64,000 nt of DNA. Origin: Patescibacteria group bacterium. Its GTDB lineage: Bacteria; Patescibacteriota; Doudnabacteria; UBA920. The notes under the pieces are model-generated. The model was not told where the DNA came from. It made no database searches and worked only from the letters and a program-made list of their open reading frames with translations. The stretch is taken from assembly GCA_013387205.1 (NCBI GenBank), contig WARV01000008.1, positions 64,136-128,135 on the forward strand, read 5' to 3'. A program made the position numbers and the translations under genes. Positions 19,597 through 29,231 of the stretch are shown in pieces. Every line of letters starts with the position of its first letter. The first letter of the stretch is position 1.

Positions 19597-19758
19597 TCTC
19601 AAAACCTCATTTTGGCTGCAATTTCAGAATTTTGGCATCTTGTCAGAAAAAATTTCTCGACTTAGCTTTAGCTAAACCTTAAAATTTATTTCTGCCAATC
19701 TGCTCGAAATTCTGAAATTTCGCCTGAAAACCACGTTATGAGACCAGCTCTAACAAGA
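19597..19758. mobile_element. MITE-like element with 15-bp perfect terminal inverted repeats (TTAGAGCTGGTCTCA / TGAGACCAGCTCTAA) and nested internal inverted repeats
   Basis: Terminal inverted repeats at 19597-19611 and 19744-19758. Internal aatttcagaattttggc / gaaattctgaaatttcgcc. Confidence 0.5.
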
Positions 19759-19777
19759 ACCTGGTACAAATACTGCT

Positions 19778-20815
19778 ATGCAAAATGCGGATCTCGCAAA
19801 AATTTTAATTTTGACTTCTTTCGGTTTCGTGTTCGCATTGGGCTGCACCCCTCTTTTAACCTCATTTTTATATAAATACAAGCTCGGAAAACAAATCAGG
19901 AATGACGGGACAACCCCATTATTTTCAAAATTGCATTTGTCTAAAGAAGGGACGCCGACCATGGGCGGAATTTTGGTGTGGGGAACTCCGGTTGCCTTGC
20001 TGGTTTTGTTCTGGATTTTGGGAAGCTGGTTTAAAATTGACGTGTTCAGCAAATTGAATTTTTTAAGCAGGAAAGAAACTCTTTTGCCTATGGGGGCGCT
20101 TATCGGCGCATCCTTGGTCGGCCTTTTGGATGACTGGCTGGACATAAAAAAAAGAGGGCATAATGGAAGAGGTTTAAGGTTCAGGTTCAAGCTGTTTTTG
20201 TATTTAGCGGTCGCCATGATAGGAGCGTGGTGGTTTTATTTTAAGCTTGGTTTTAGCGTAGTGTATGTTCCTTTTTTGGGAAATATTGATTTCGGCTGGT
20301 TTTACATTCCGTTTTTCATTTTAGCCGTGGTATCTACGAGTTTTGCCGTAAACGAAACAGATGGCTTGGACGGTTTGGCAGGCGGAATTTTAATGATAGC
20401 TTTCTTTTTGTATGGCCTAATAGCCATCTTGCAGGGCAAGATCGATTTGGCAAGCTTAATCGGGGTGGTGTGCGGAGCTTTGCTGGCATTTTTATGGTTT
20501 AACGTCCATCCTGCAAGGTTTTTCATGGGCGATACTGGTTCTATGGGGCTTGGCGTGCTATTGGCAATAGTCGCTTTTTTGACCAATTCGGTTTTTATTC
20601 TGGCATTCATAGGTTTTATTTTCATGGTTGAAGCTCTGTCCATTTTCCTTCAACTATTTTGGAAAAAAACATTTAAAAGAAAATTATTTTTATCTTCGCC
20701 AATTCACCATCATTTCCAGGCTTTGGGCTGGCCTGAAGCAAAAATCACCATGCGTTTTTGGATAATTTCCGCGGTCATGGGGATAATCGGAATTGTGATA
20801 TATTTCGTAGGATAA
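19778..20815 (+). CDS. mraY: Phospho-N-acetylmuramoyl-pentapeptide transferase
   Basis: VNETDGLDGLAGG and FFMGDTGSMGLG motifs; 10 TM helices. Confidence 0.9.
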   Translation: MQNADLAKILILTSFGFVFALGCTPLLTSFLYKYKLGKQIRNDGTTPLFSKLHLSKEGTPTMGGILVWGTPVALLVLFWILGSWFKIDVFSKLNFLSRKETLLPMGALIGASLVGLLDDWLDIKKRGHNGRGLRFRFKLFLYLAVAMIGAWWFYFKLGFSVVYVPFLGNIDFGWFYIPFFILAVVSTSFAVNETDGLDGLAGGILMIAFFLYGLIAILQGKIDLASLIGVVCGALLAFLWFNVHPARFFMGDTGSMGLGVLLAIVAFLTNSVFILAFIGFIFMVEALSIFLQLFWKKTFKRKLFLSSPIHHHFQALGWPEAKITMRFWIISAVMGIIGIVIYFVG

Positions 20816-20936
20816 AACAAATTAAAAATTTAAATATCAAAATGTAAAATGACAGTGTAAAATCTAAAATTAAACAGGTATTATAACTTTACATTTTACT
20901 TTGTCATTTTTAATTTTGATTTTTACACTTTAAGTT

Positions 20937-22508
20937 TTGCCACATATGTATTCCTTACTTATCAAGAACGCTAAGGTTATCGACGGCATCAGCGACACGG
21001 CAAGAATTGCCGATGTTGCAATTCAAGGCGACCAGATAGTAAATATTGACGACAAAATCGATACTGGCGCGGAAAAAATAATTGATGCCACTGGGAAAAT
21101 TTTAGCACCTGGTTTTATTGATATTCAGAACCACAGCGACAGTTACTGGCAGATTTTTGACAACCCGAATTTAAGCAGCCTGATAACCCAAGGGTTCACG
21201 ACTGTCTTAATTGGCAACTGTGGGGCAAGCTTGGCGCCGCTTTTAAGCCATGACGCGCTAAATTCCATCCAAAAATGGCATAATTTGGAAGCCGTAAATA
21301 TAAACTGGCAATCGTTCAGCGAATATATTGAAACCCTGGCCAAACAAAAATTTGCCTGCAACATCGCAAGCCTTGTCGGCTACTCCACTTTAAGAAGAGG
21401 TGTTGTCGGCGACCAGATTAGGGGGCTGGAAAAGCAGGAAATGGAAGCTTTGAAGAAAGTCTTAATTGAAAGCTTGGAGTCCGGGGCTTTTGGGCTTTCC
21501 AGCGGGTTGTCTTACGCCCATGAAATAATTATTTCCGAGCTGGAACTTTTTGAACTGGCAAAAATTTTAAAGAAGAAAGATTCATTGTTTTCCGTGCATT
21601 TAAGGAGCGAAGGATCGGAAATCTTGGAAGCTTTGGATGAAGCGCTGGATATTGCGAGGAGTTCCGAGGTCAATTTAAAAATTTCCCATCTCAAAGTCAA
21701 ATACGAAAACAACTGGCCAAAGATGCAGGATGTTTTGGGGCATTTGGATACCGCATACCACAAAGGGATTAACGTGCATTTTGACTCTTATCCTTACGAT
21801 ACAGTCTGGCAGGTGCTTTATTCCTATTTGCCGAAATGGGCGATTGAAGGCGGGCGCGCCATGATGCTCAAGAACTTTGCCGATCCGGTCCAAAAAAACA
21901 AAATATTGACGCATTTGAATAATTCTTTTTCAAAATTCCCTTCAATGATGGTTGCCTCGACTGCAAATAGGCTTAATTTTATGGGCAAGACCATCGGGCA
22001 GATTGCAAAAAATTTGGAAACTTCCAGCGAACAGGCGGTTTTGCATCTTATCCAGAACGGGGGCAGCGAGGTTTTGGTTTTTGAACAGAATTTGAGCATG
22101 GACCAGGTTGGTGATTTAATTGTTCATCCTTTGGCTTTTGCGGCCACTGACGGCGCGGGATTTTCTGAGAATGTTTCGAATAAGTTAGTCCATCCGAGAT
22201 GCTTTGGCACAGCTCCAAAATTCATTAACCTCGCAGTCAAACGGGGCCTAAGCATGCAGCAAGCCATAAAAAAATTAACATCCGGACCGGCTAAAAAAAT
22301 CGGCTTGAAAAAAAGAGGCGAGATTAAAATCGGGAATTTTGCTGACTTGGTTTTGTTTGACCAAAATAATTTGGCCGACATGGCAACTTATGAAAATCCT
22401 TACCAGTTCAGCCGCGGCATCGAGTATGTGTTCGTAAACGGAAAGGCTGTGGTTGCAGAAGGAAAAATTACCAACACATTGCCAGGATATGCGTTAAGAA
22501 AGGTGTGA
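20937..22508 (+). CDS. Amidohydrolase-family protein (D-aminoacylase / N-acyl-D-amino-acid deacylase-like)
   Basis: N-terminus IKNAKVIDG ... APGFIDIQNHSD (metal-binding H-x-H-like region); 523 aa. Confidence 0.55.
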   Translation: MPHMYSLLIKNAKVIDGISDTARIADVAIQGDQIVNIDDKIDTGAEKIIDATGKILAPGFIDIQNHSDSYWQIFDNPNLSSLITQGFTTVLIGNCGASLAPLLSHDALNSIQKWHNLEAVNINWQSFSEYIETLAKQKFACNIASLVGYSTLRRGVVGDQIRGLEKQEMEALKKVLIESLESGAFGLSSGLSYAHEIIISELELFELAKILKKKDSLFSVHLRSEGSEILEALDEALDIARSSEVNLKISHLKVKYENNWPKMQDVLGHLDTAYHKGINVHFDSYPYDTVWQVLYSYLPKWAIEGGRAMMLKNFADPVQKNKILTHLNNSFSKFPSMMVASTANRLNFMGKTIGQIAKNLETSSEQAVLHLIQNGGSEVLVFEQNLSMDQVGDLIVHPLAFAATDGAGFSENVSNKLVHPRCFGTAPKFINLAVKRGLSMQQAIKKLTSGPAKKIGLKKRGEIKIGNFADLVLFDQNNLADMATYENPYQFSRGIEYVFVNGKAVVAEGKITNTLPGYALRKV

Positions 22509-22531
22509 TAATATCAGTTAACTTTACTATG

Positions 22532-22567
22532 AGCATCCCGGCTTTTTGAGCCGGGATGCTTTTTGTT
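22532..22567 (+). terminator. Rho-independent terminator
   Basis: gcatcccggc-tttttga-gccgggatgc-ttttt. Confidence 0.65.
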
Positions 22568-22652
22568 TATAAAACGCTGAGGATTTTGTTAATCACCAAA
22601 AATATGGTAAAATTAATTCAAGAATATTGATGCAATAGACACAGATAACCAG

Positions 22653-24053
22653 ATGAATTTAAAAGAATTGCAAGGAAAACTTGTTGCGGTTTTGGGGTTT
22701 GGCTTAGAAGGCCAGGCTATAACCAGGTATTTACTGAAACACGGCATAAAACCCGTGTTGTTTGATGAAAAGATATGGGATAAATGGGATAAGGACCGGC
22801 AGAGTTTGATAAAATCTCTGGATATCAATTTTATTTTTGGTCCTGATTGCTACAAAGAATTGGCCGGATTTGATATAATTTTCCGCAGTCCAGGCATCCC
22901 ATTGTCAAAGGTCAAAGGTCAAAGGTCAGATGTTGTGATTACTTCCCAGACCAAATGGTTTTTTGAGCATTGCCCCTGTAAAATAATAGGCGTGACCGGA
23001 ACAAAAGGGAAAGGGACAACATCGACTTTAATATCGGAAATATTAAAGTTGCAATTTCGAATTTCGAATTTCGAATTTCAAGTTTATTTAACTGGAAATA
23101 TCGGTAAGGAACAGCCTTTGGATTTTTTGGATAATTTAACAAAGGATGATTGGGTGGTTTACGAGCTTTCCAGTTTCCAGCTGCAGGACTTGGATAGGAG
23201 CCCACACATCGGTGTTGTATTAATGGTCACCCAGGAACATCTTGATTACCATAAAGACGTTGAAGAATATTGCCAGGCAAAAGAATCAATCGTTAAATTC
23301 CAATCCGTAGAAGATTATTCGGTTATAAACATGGATTACGAAAGTTCGGTTAAAATTGGCAATAACGGAGCCGGACAAAAGAGGTATTTCAGCGCCCGGG
23401 GCAAGTCCGGTGTAGATTGCTATGTTAAAGACGGGGCATTTTACTTGAAAAACAATGGCTCATCCCCGGATGAGCCATTCGTTGAAGCCAAAGATTTACA
23501 GCTTAGGGGTGAGCATAATTGGGAAAACGTCTGTGCTGCCGCTACTGCGGCTATTTCTGCCGGATGCAGCTTGGATACCGTAAAAACAGGGGCTTTAGCT
23601 TTTAAAGGCTTAGAACACCGCCTGGAATTTGTTGATGAGAAAAACGGCGTAAAATATTACAACGATTCATTTTCCACCACTCCGGAAACAGCTATTGCCG
23701 CAATCAAGTCTTTCAGCGAACCGGAGATTGTTATCTTAGGCGGTTCGTCCAAGAATTCTGATTTTACAGAGCTTGGCAAAACTATTGTCGAATCGAAAAA
23801 TATCAAATGTTTGGTGCTTATAGGCCTGGAATCCGGCAGGATTTTGGATGCAATAAATTCCAGCGGAAAAATAGAGGCGCAAATTTTGCAAGGCGCTGAA
23901 TCAATGCAAGAAATTTTTGGACAGATTGCTTCCGTAGCAAAAGCGGGAGATGTTGTTTTGTTAAGCCCGGCCTGCGCGTCTTTTGGGATGTTCAAGAATT
24001 ATAAAGATAGGGGAGAGCAGTTTAAATTTTTCGTTGAAAAATTTAAAAATTGA
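22653..24053 (+). CDS. murD: UDP-N-acetylmuramoylalanine--D-glutamate ligase
   Basis: KLVAVLGFGLEGQA; GVTGTKGKGTTST P-loop. Contains two heptamer tandem-repeat tracts. Confidence 0.85.
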   Translation: MNLKELQGKLVAVLGFGLEGQAITRYLLKHGIKPVLFDEKIWDKWDKDRQSLIKSLDINFIFGPDCYKELAGFDIIFRSPGIPLSKVKGQRSDVVITSQTKWFFEHCPCKIIGVTGTKGKGTTSTLISEILKLQFRISNFEFQVYLTGNIGKEQPLDFLDNLTKDDWVVYELSSFQLQDLDRSPHIGVVLMVTQEHLDYHKDVEEYCQAKESIVKFQSVEDYSVINMDYESSVKIGNNGAGQKRYFSARGKSGVDCYVKDGAFYLKNNGSSPDEPFVEAKDLQLRGEHNWENVCAAATAAISAGCSLDTVKTGALAFKGLEHRLEFVDEKNGVKYYNDSFSTTPETAIAAIKSFSEPEIVILGGSSKNSDFTELGKTIVESKNIKCLVLIGLESGRILDAINSSGKIEAQILQGAESMQEIFGQIASVAKAGDVVLLSPACASFGMFKNYKDRGEQFKFFVEKFKN

Positions 24054-24179
24054 CCTAATTAACCTAATTGTTCCTAATTATTCTAAATAATGCATAAAGA
24101 TTTTTAAAAATTAGAGATTGGGATTTATTTAGGTTAATTAGAATAATTAGAGCAATTAGAATAATTTTAATTCTAATCA
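24054..24179. repeat. Palindromic intergenic element, family R1, copy 2
   Basis: tgacctaattaacctaattgttcctaattattctaaataa ... atttaggttaattagaataattagagcaattagaataatt. Confidence 0.6.
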
Positions 24180-25289
24180 ATGTCTAAAAAAAACCAAATT
24201 AAAATTGACTATGCGCTTTTATTGATAGTAGGTGCTCTCTTGGCTTTCGGCTTGGCTGCTTTGTATTCCGCGTCGACTGTAGAATCGTACAAAAAATTCG
24301 GTAATACTACTTACTACATAACGCATCAGCTGGCCAATGGAGTGCTTATCGGGCTTGTCGGCATGTATATCTGTTATAAATTAGATTATCATTATTGGCA
24401 AAAATGGCTTCCTTGGATTATCGTAATTTCCCTTGCCCTTTTGGCAGCAGTTAAGCTTAGTTCATTCGGTTCTTCTGCGGGAGGTGCGGCCAGATGGCTA
24501 AATTTAGGCTTTGTGACTTTCCAACCTTCAGAAATTGCCAAGTTAGCTATTATATTTTACCTGGCTTCGTGGATAGATAAAAAACATAAAGATTTGAATG
24601 ATTTTGCATATGGCGTACTGCCGTCTTTGGTTATTATTGGCCTGTTTGCCGGCCTTATTATTTGGCAGCCGGATATGGGTACAATGCTGGTTCTAATTGC
24701 CGTGTCTGTTTCCATGCTTTTTGTCGCCGGTATTGATTGGCAATACTTTTTATGGACTATTTTGGCGGGAATTTTAGGGCTTCTCGCTTTGGTAAAATTT
24801 GAGCCATATAGGGCAAGAAGGATAACCTCTTTCATTAATCCGGCCATTGACCCGCAAGGGATCAGTTACCATATCAACCAGGCTCTTTTAGCGATTGGCG
24901 CCGGGCAATTGTGGGGCTACGGATACGGCTTGTCCAGGCAGAAATACAACTATCTTCCTGAAGTCATGGGCGATTCAATATTCGCGGTAATTGCAGAGGA
25001 ATTAGGATTCATTCGCGTGGTGCTGTTGCTGCTTTTGTTCGTAATTTTTGCCGTCAAAGGCTTTTCTATTGCGAAAAACGCTCCTGATGATTTTGGACGC
25101 CTAACTGCTTTCGGGATTACCATATGGATTACAGCACAAGCCTTGATTAATATTGGCGCGATGGTCAAGATTTTGCCGCTAACCGGCATTCCGCTGCCAT
25201 TTTTCAGTTATGGCAGCACCGCCTTGCTGTTAAATTTGTCGGCAGTAGGGATTTTATTAAATATTGCAAAACAATCACCAGCCAGATAA
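24180..25289 (+). CDS. ftsW: SEDS-family peptidoglycan glycosyltransferase FtsW/RodA
   Basis: 10-TM SEDS architecture with a conserved C-terminal GGxxxxxxG-like region, in mraY-murD context. Confidence 0.8.
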   Translation: MSKKNQIKIDYALLLIVGALLAFGLAALYSASTVESYKKFGNTTYYITHQLANGVLIGLVGMYICYKLDYHYWQKWLPWIIVISLALLAAVKLSSFGSSAGGAARWLNLGFVTFQPSEIAKLAIIFYLASWIDKKHKDLNDFAYGVLPSLVIIGLFAGLIIWQPDMGTMLVLIAVSVSMLFVAGIDWQYFLWTILAGILGLLALVKFEPYRARRITSFINPAIDPQGISYHINQALLAIGAGQLWGYGYGLSRQKYNYLPEVMGDSIFAVIAEELGFIRVVLLLLLFVIFAVKGFSIAKNAPDDFGRLTAFGITIWITAQALINIGAMVKILPLTGIPLPFFSYGSTALLLNLSAVGILLNIAKQSPAR

Positions 25290-25294
25290 AAAAA

Positions 25295-27481
25295 ATGGGG
25301 AAAAACCAGAAAAAATTCAGGCTCCATATCCACCAAAACTTGTCGATTTCGGTAAGTGCTGAAAGCAAGCTGAAACCTGCGAGTGTTTTTAGCATGCGGA
25401 GTTTTTTTGTTTCAGCATTATTAAAAATTTTCAAATCGATTTACGAATTTTGTTATTTTATCGGGAACGCTATTATAAAGTTTTCGTCTTTGGCAATCAT
25501 TTTTTCTAAAAACGAAGTTTTTAGGACAAAACAATTTTTCTTGAAAAGAATTAAAATATTAGCTCAGCCCGAATATTTTAAAACATTAGCTGTCTTCACT
25601 TTTGTTTTGATAGTGAGCATCTTAGGACTGCAGTCTTTTAAAATTGTCGCCAAGGGGTTGGAAATAAAACAGAGCGTGCTTGGGATTACGGCAATCGGCA
25701 ATAAATACATGTTAGGCGCAAAAAAATCTCTGGAAAAGCAAAACATCGGTTCAGCTGAAGACAGTTTTATAAGAGCATATAATGCTTATAAAGACGGCCA
25801 GAAACAGCTTTCCGGCGCAGAAAATTCAATTAACTTAATACTTGGCCTTTTCCCGCAAAAAAAAGACGCGGAGAATCTCTTAAAGGCAGCTTCGCTGGTT
25901 TCCCAGAGCGGGGCAATGCTCACTTCGGCTTACCAGGATATCTCCAGCCTTAAATTTAACGCCACGGGAATATCTTCCGATCGCCCCGTTCCTGAAGTTT
26001 TTGAGTCTCTGGATAACTCATTGTCAATTGTAGGACAAAACCTGGAAACGGCAGGTTCGCTTTTAAAAACAATCAACCTTTCTTCAATTCCTAAAAATCA
26101 GCAGCCAAATTTTCTTGAATTGGAATCCGGCGTCAATGCTTTAAAATTGTCTTTAAGCAATACCAGGGACATGTTTTCAATAATAAAGAACTTATCCATG
26201 GGAAAACAGCGGATACTGATGCTTTTTGAAAACAACAACGAACTGCGGGCAACGGGCGGATTTATGGGCACGTTCGGCGACATCCAGGTGTCTAACGGGG
26301 TTATGGAAAAAATTAAAATCAGCAGCATTTATGATTTAGACGGGCAGCTTGAAGAAAAAATCATGCCGCCAAACCCGCTGCTGGCGGTGAATGGCCGGTG
26401 GTTTTTAAGGGATGCGAATTGGTTCTCTGATTTTTCATTTTCCGCAAAAAAAATAATTGGTTTTTATGAAAAAGAAGGCGGGGAGACGCCTGATACGGTT
26501 ATTGCAATGACTCCTTCTTTGATTGTCGATATGCTGAAAATTACCGGACCGGTAAATTTGCCCGCGCATGGGGTAAGCCTTGATTCTGATAATTTCATTG
26601 AACAAACCCAGATTGCGACATCCGCTGATGAATACAGGCAAAATACTCCAAAACAGGTTCTTGCTGACTTTGTCCCGGTTTTCTTGCAGAAAATCAGCAA
26701 CCTAAAACCGCAGGATTATCCTGCGGTACTGGAGGTTTTGCAAAAAAACCTGAACGGCAAGCAGATTCTTGCATACTCAAGGAATCCTTTGTTGCAAAAA
26801 AAGCTGGAAGAATACCATTGGGCAGGGCAAATTTTCGGCACGGACAGGGACTTCCTTTCAGTAGTCAGTAGCAACCTGGGCGGCACAAAAACCGATTTAT
26901 ATACTAACCAGCAGATAAATTTGAAAAGCACGATAGATAGCGAGGGGTATATTGTCAACGAACTGCAGATTACCAGGACCAATAGTTTGCCGAAACTGGA
27001 AGACACTAACAATAACAGTTTTATAAGGATTTATGTGCCTAAAGGATCGACTTTAATCAGTAATTTAGGGTTTGATTATAAAAATTTGGATAACGCGGCT
27101 GATAAGGCTTACAAAACTGACGCTGATGTCCATGAGTGGGAAAAAAACTCGGTTAAGGATTTGGTTTCCGGAATGCTCATTGGAACCGAGTCGGGCAAAA
27201 CATATTTCGGCAATTGGCTGAACGTGGAAGGCGGGGAAACCAAAACTGCAAAATTGTCTTACCGGCTGCCTTTTAAAATTAAAGATATTGACCATTATAG
27301 CTTATTAATCCAAAAGCAGGCTGGCGCTATTGACCAAAGCTTAAGTTACGAACTGGATTTTCCGGACAGGTCTATTGCATGGAAAAATTTCAGCGACGCG
27401 GAAATTAATCAGAATAAATTAAATACGGAAATTATTTTAAATAAAGACTACTTGTTGGGCCTGGTATTAAATTCAAAATAA
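25295..27481 (+). CDS. DUF4012 domain-containing protein, membrane-anchored (common in CPR)
   Basis: NNNELRATGGFMGTFGDIQV motif. The N-terminal start is uncertain and may be an internal Met. Confidence 0.5.
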   Translation: MGKNQKKFRLHIHQNLSISVSAESKLKPASVFSMRSFFVSALLKIFKSIYEFCYFIGNAIIKFSSLAIIFSKNEVFRTKQFFLKRIKILAQPEYFKTLAVFTFVLIVSILGLQSFKIVAKGLEIKQSVLGITAIGNKYMLGAKKSLEKQNIGSAEDSFIRAYNAYKDGQKQLSGAENSINLILGLFPQKKDAENLLKAASLVSQSGAMLTSAYQDISSLKFNATGISSDRPVPEVFESLDNSLSIVGQNLETAGSLLKTINLSSIPKNQQPNFLELESGVNALKLSLSNTRDMFSIIKNLSMGKQRILMLFENNNELRATGGFMGTFGDIQVSNGVMEKIKISSIYDLDGQLEEKIMPPNPLLAVNGRWFLRDANWFSDFSFSAKKIIGFYEKEGGETPDTVIAMTPSLIVDMLKITGPVNLPAHGVSLDSDNFIEQTQIATSADEYRQNTPKQVLADFVPVFLQKISNLKPQDYPAVLEVLQKNLNGKQILAYSRNPLLQKKLEEYHWAGQIFGTDRDFLSVVSSNLGGTKTDLYTNQQINLKSTIDSEGYIVNELQITRTNSLPKLEDTNNNSFIRIYVPKGSTLISNLGFDYKNLDNAADKAYKTDADVHEWEKNSVKDLVSGMLIGTESGKTYFGNWLNVEGGETKTAKLSYRLPFKIKDIDHYSLLIQKQAGAIDQSLSYELDFPDRSIAWKNFSDAEINQNKLNTEIILNKDYLLGLVLNSK

Positions 27482-27493
27482 CTCTTCAAAATA

Positions 27494-29101
27494 ATGCTAA
27501 ACAGGATTAAAAACATCGAAGCGAATTTTTCAATATCCAAAGCCGCGTTCATAATAGGCTTTTTTACGCTGCTGACAAAGTTTTTGGCTATTTACCGCGA
27601 GAGGCTGTTTGCATCGACCTTCGGGCAAAACCAAATTCTGGATTCTTATTTCGCGGCGTTCAGGATCCCTGATTTCGTGACAAACTTATTCATATTAAAC
27701 ACGCTTGCCGTTGCTTTTATTCCGGTTTATACGGAAATTTTAACCAAAGACAAAAAGAAGACCGATGAAATCGCGGCGTCCATCCTTAATTTGGTCCTTT
27801 TGGGGATTTCCGGCATTTGCCTTATTTTATTTTTGTTTTCGGGTTACTTAACACAAAAATTAGTCCCCGGTTTTAACCAGGAATATTACAGCTACACGTT
27901 GAATTTAACCAGGTTGTTTTTGCTCTCTCCGGTAATTTTTGCGGCATCCACAATCTTCGGCGGAATTTTGAACGCACAGAAAAAATTCCTTGTTGCGAGT
28001 ATTGCGCCGATATTTTACAATCTGGGAATTATCTTCGGGGTAATATTTTTATATCCTCGTTTTGGCGTAATGGGCTTGGGGTACGGGGTGGTACTGGGTG
28101 CAATTGTCCAGATGCTCATCCAATGGATCAGCACAAGCCAGATTGGATTTTCCATAAAGCCTATTTTAAACTTTAAGGATAATTACGTCGTCAGGATTTG
28201 GAAACTTTACGTACCAAGGATTTTTACGTTCGATTTGGCGAATGTCACGCTGCTGCTTGGTACAATGATCGGGTCAAAACTGATTGCAGGTTCCATATCC
28301 GCGTTAAACCAGGCTTACAATTTAGAATCAGTTCCCGTTAGTATTTTTGCCTACTCATTGGCCCTGGCTTCGTTTCCGGTACTTTCTGAATTTTTTGCGC
28401 TTAAAAATGACAGGGCTTTTACAAAATCAATATCCCAAACAATACAGCAAGTTCTATTTTTCATTATCCCAATATCGATTTTAATGCTATTGATGAGGGC
28501 GTATATTGTCAGGCTTATTTTAGGAGCCGGGAATTTCAACTGGGAAGATACCATTAGGACCTTTAACGTGCTGGGAATTTTCAGCTTTTCCCTGTTCAGT
28601 CAAAGCCTTACGACGGTCCTTTCCAGGGCTTTTTACGCCAGACAAAATACAAAAGTTCCGGTTTACATCAACTTGTTTGCCATTTTCTTAAATATTATTT
28701 TCTCCGTAATATTAGGATACAAGTATGGAGTAGCCGGGATTACGGCGGCATTTGTGATTTCCAGCATCGTAAGCGCGATTTTATTGTTTATTGTCCTAAG
28801 GCACCATTTGAAGGATTCGCTCGGCGAGGAAAATATTGAAACCTTAAAAGAGTTCGACCAAAACTTGTCCAGTTCCGTAACAAAGATAATTATTTCCAGT
28901 ATTGTTATGGGCTTGGTCAGCTATGCATCCATTTACTTTCTGGCGCCTTTTGTTGACACCAGGACTGTTGTCGGGATTTTAATCCAATCCGGCTTGGCCA
29001 GTATTTTCGGCGGTATCTGCTATATGCTTACAGGAAAGCTTTTAAAACTGACTGAGGCCAAATATATGCTGGATTTCTTTCGCAAATTACTGTATATTTA
29101 A
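27494..29101 (+). CDS. murJ: Lipid II flippase MurJ
   Basis: N-terminus LAIYRERLFASTFGQNQILDSYFAAFRIPD; 14 TM helices. Confidence 0.85.
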   Translation: MLNRIKNIEANFSISKAAFIIGFFTLLTKFLAIYRERLFASTFGQNQILDSYFAAFRIPDFVTNLFILNTLAVAFIPVYTEILTKDKKKTDEIAASILNLVLLGISGICLILFLFSGYLTQKLVPGFNQEYYSYTLNLTRLFLLSPVIFAASTIFGGILNAQKKFLVASIAPIFYNLGIIFGVIFLYPRFGVMGLGYGVVLGAIVQMLIQWISTSQIGFSIKPILNFKDNYVVRIWKLYVPRIFTFDLANVTLLLGTMIGSKLIAGSISALNQAYNLESVPVSIFAYSLALASFPVLSEFFALKNDRAFTKSISQTIQQVLFFIIPISILMLLMRAYIVRLILGAGNFNWEDTIRTFNVLGIFSFSLFSQSLTTVLSRAFYARQNTKVPVYINLFAIFLNIIFSVILGYKYGVAGITAAFVISSIVSAILLFIVLRHHLKDSLGEENIETLKEFDQNLSSSVTKIIISSIVMGLVSYASIYFLAPFVDTRTVVGILIQSGLASIFGGICYMLTGKLLKLTEAKYMLDFFRKLLYI

Positions 29102-29106
29102 TGAAT

Positions 29107-29231
29107 ATGGAATTAAACAATATCAGGAATTTTTGCATAGATTCTTCATTATTTTCTCTCCTAGCAGGAGAGATAGCCTGAAAGGCTAGAGAGGTTGAAC
29201 CGTTGTTCATCGTAATAAACAGATAATATTT
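29107..29231 (+). repeat. Duplicated lepA 5' end (33 nt, 28/33 identical) followed by an inserted hairpin element (tctctcctagcaggagaga)
   Basis: atggaattaaacaatatcaggaatttttgcata at 29107, versus atggaactaagtaacatcaggaatttttgcata at 29232. Confidence 0.6.

Noticed and set aside
22905-23081. CRISPR-like or minisatellite array
   Set aside because: There are only 3-4 units of 7 nt with no spacers, and the tracts are inside the coding sequence. No repeat-spacer array exists anywhere in the window.
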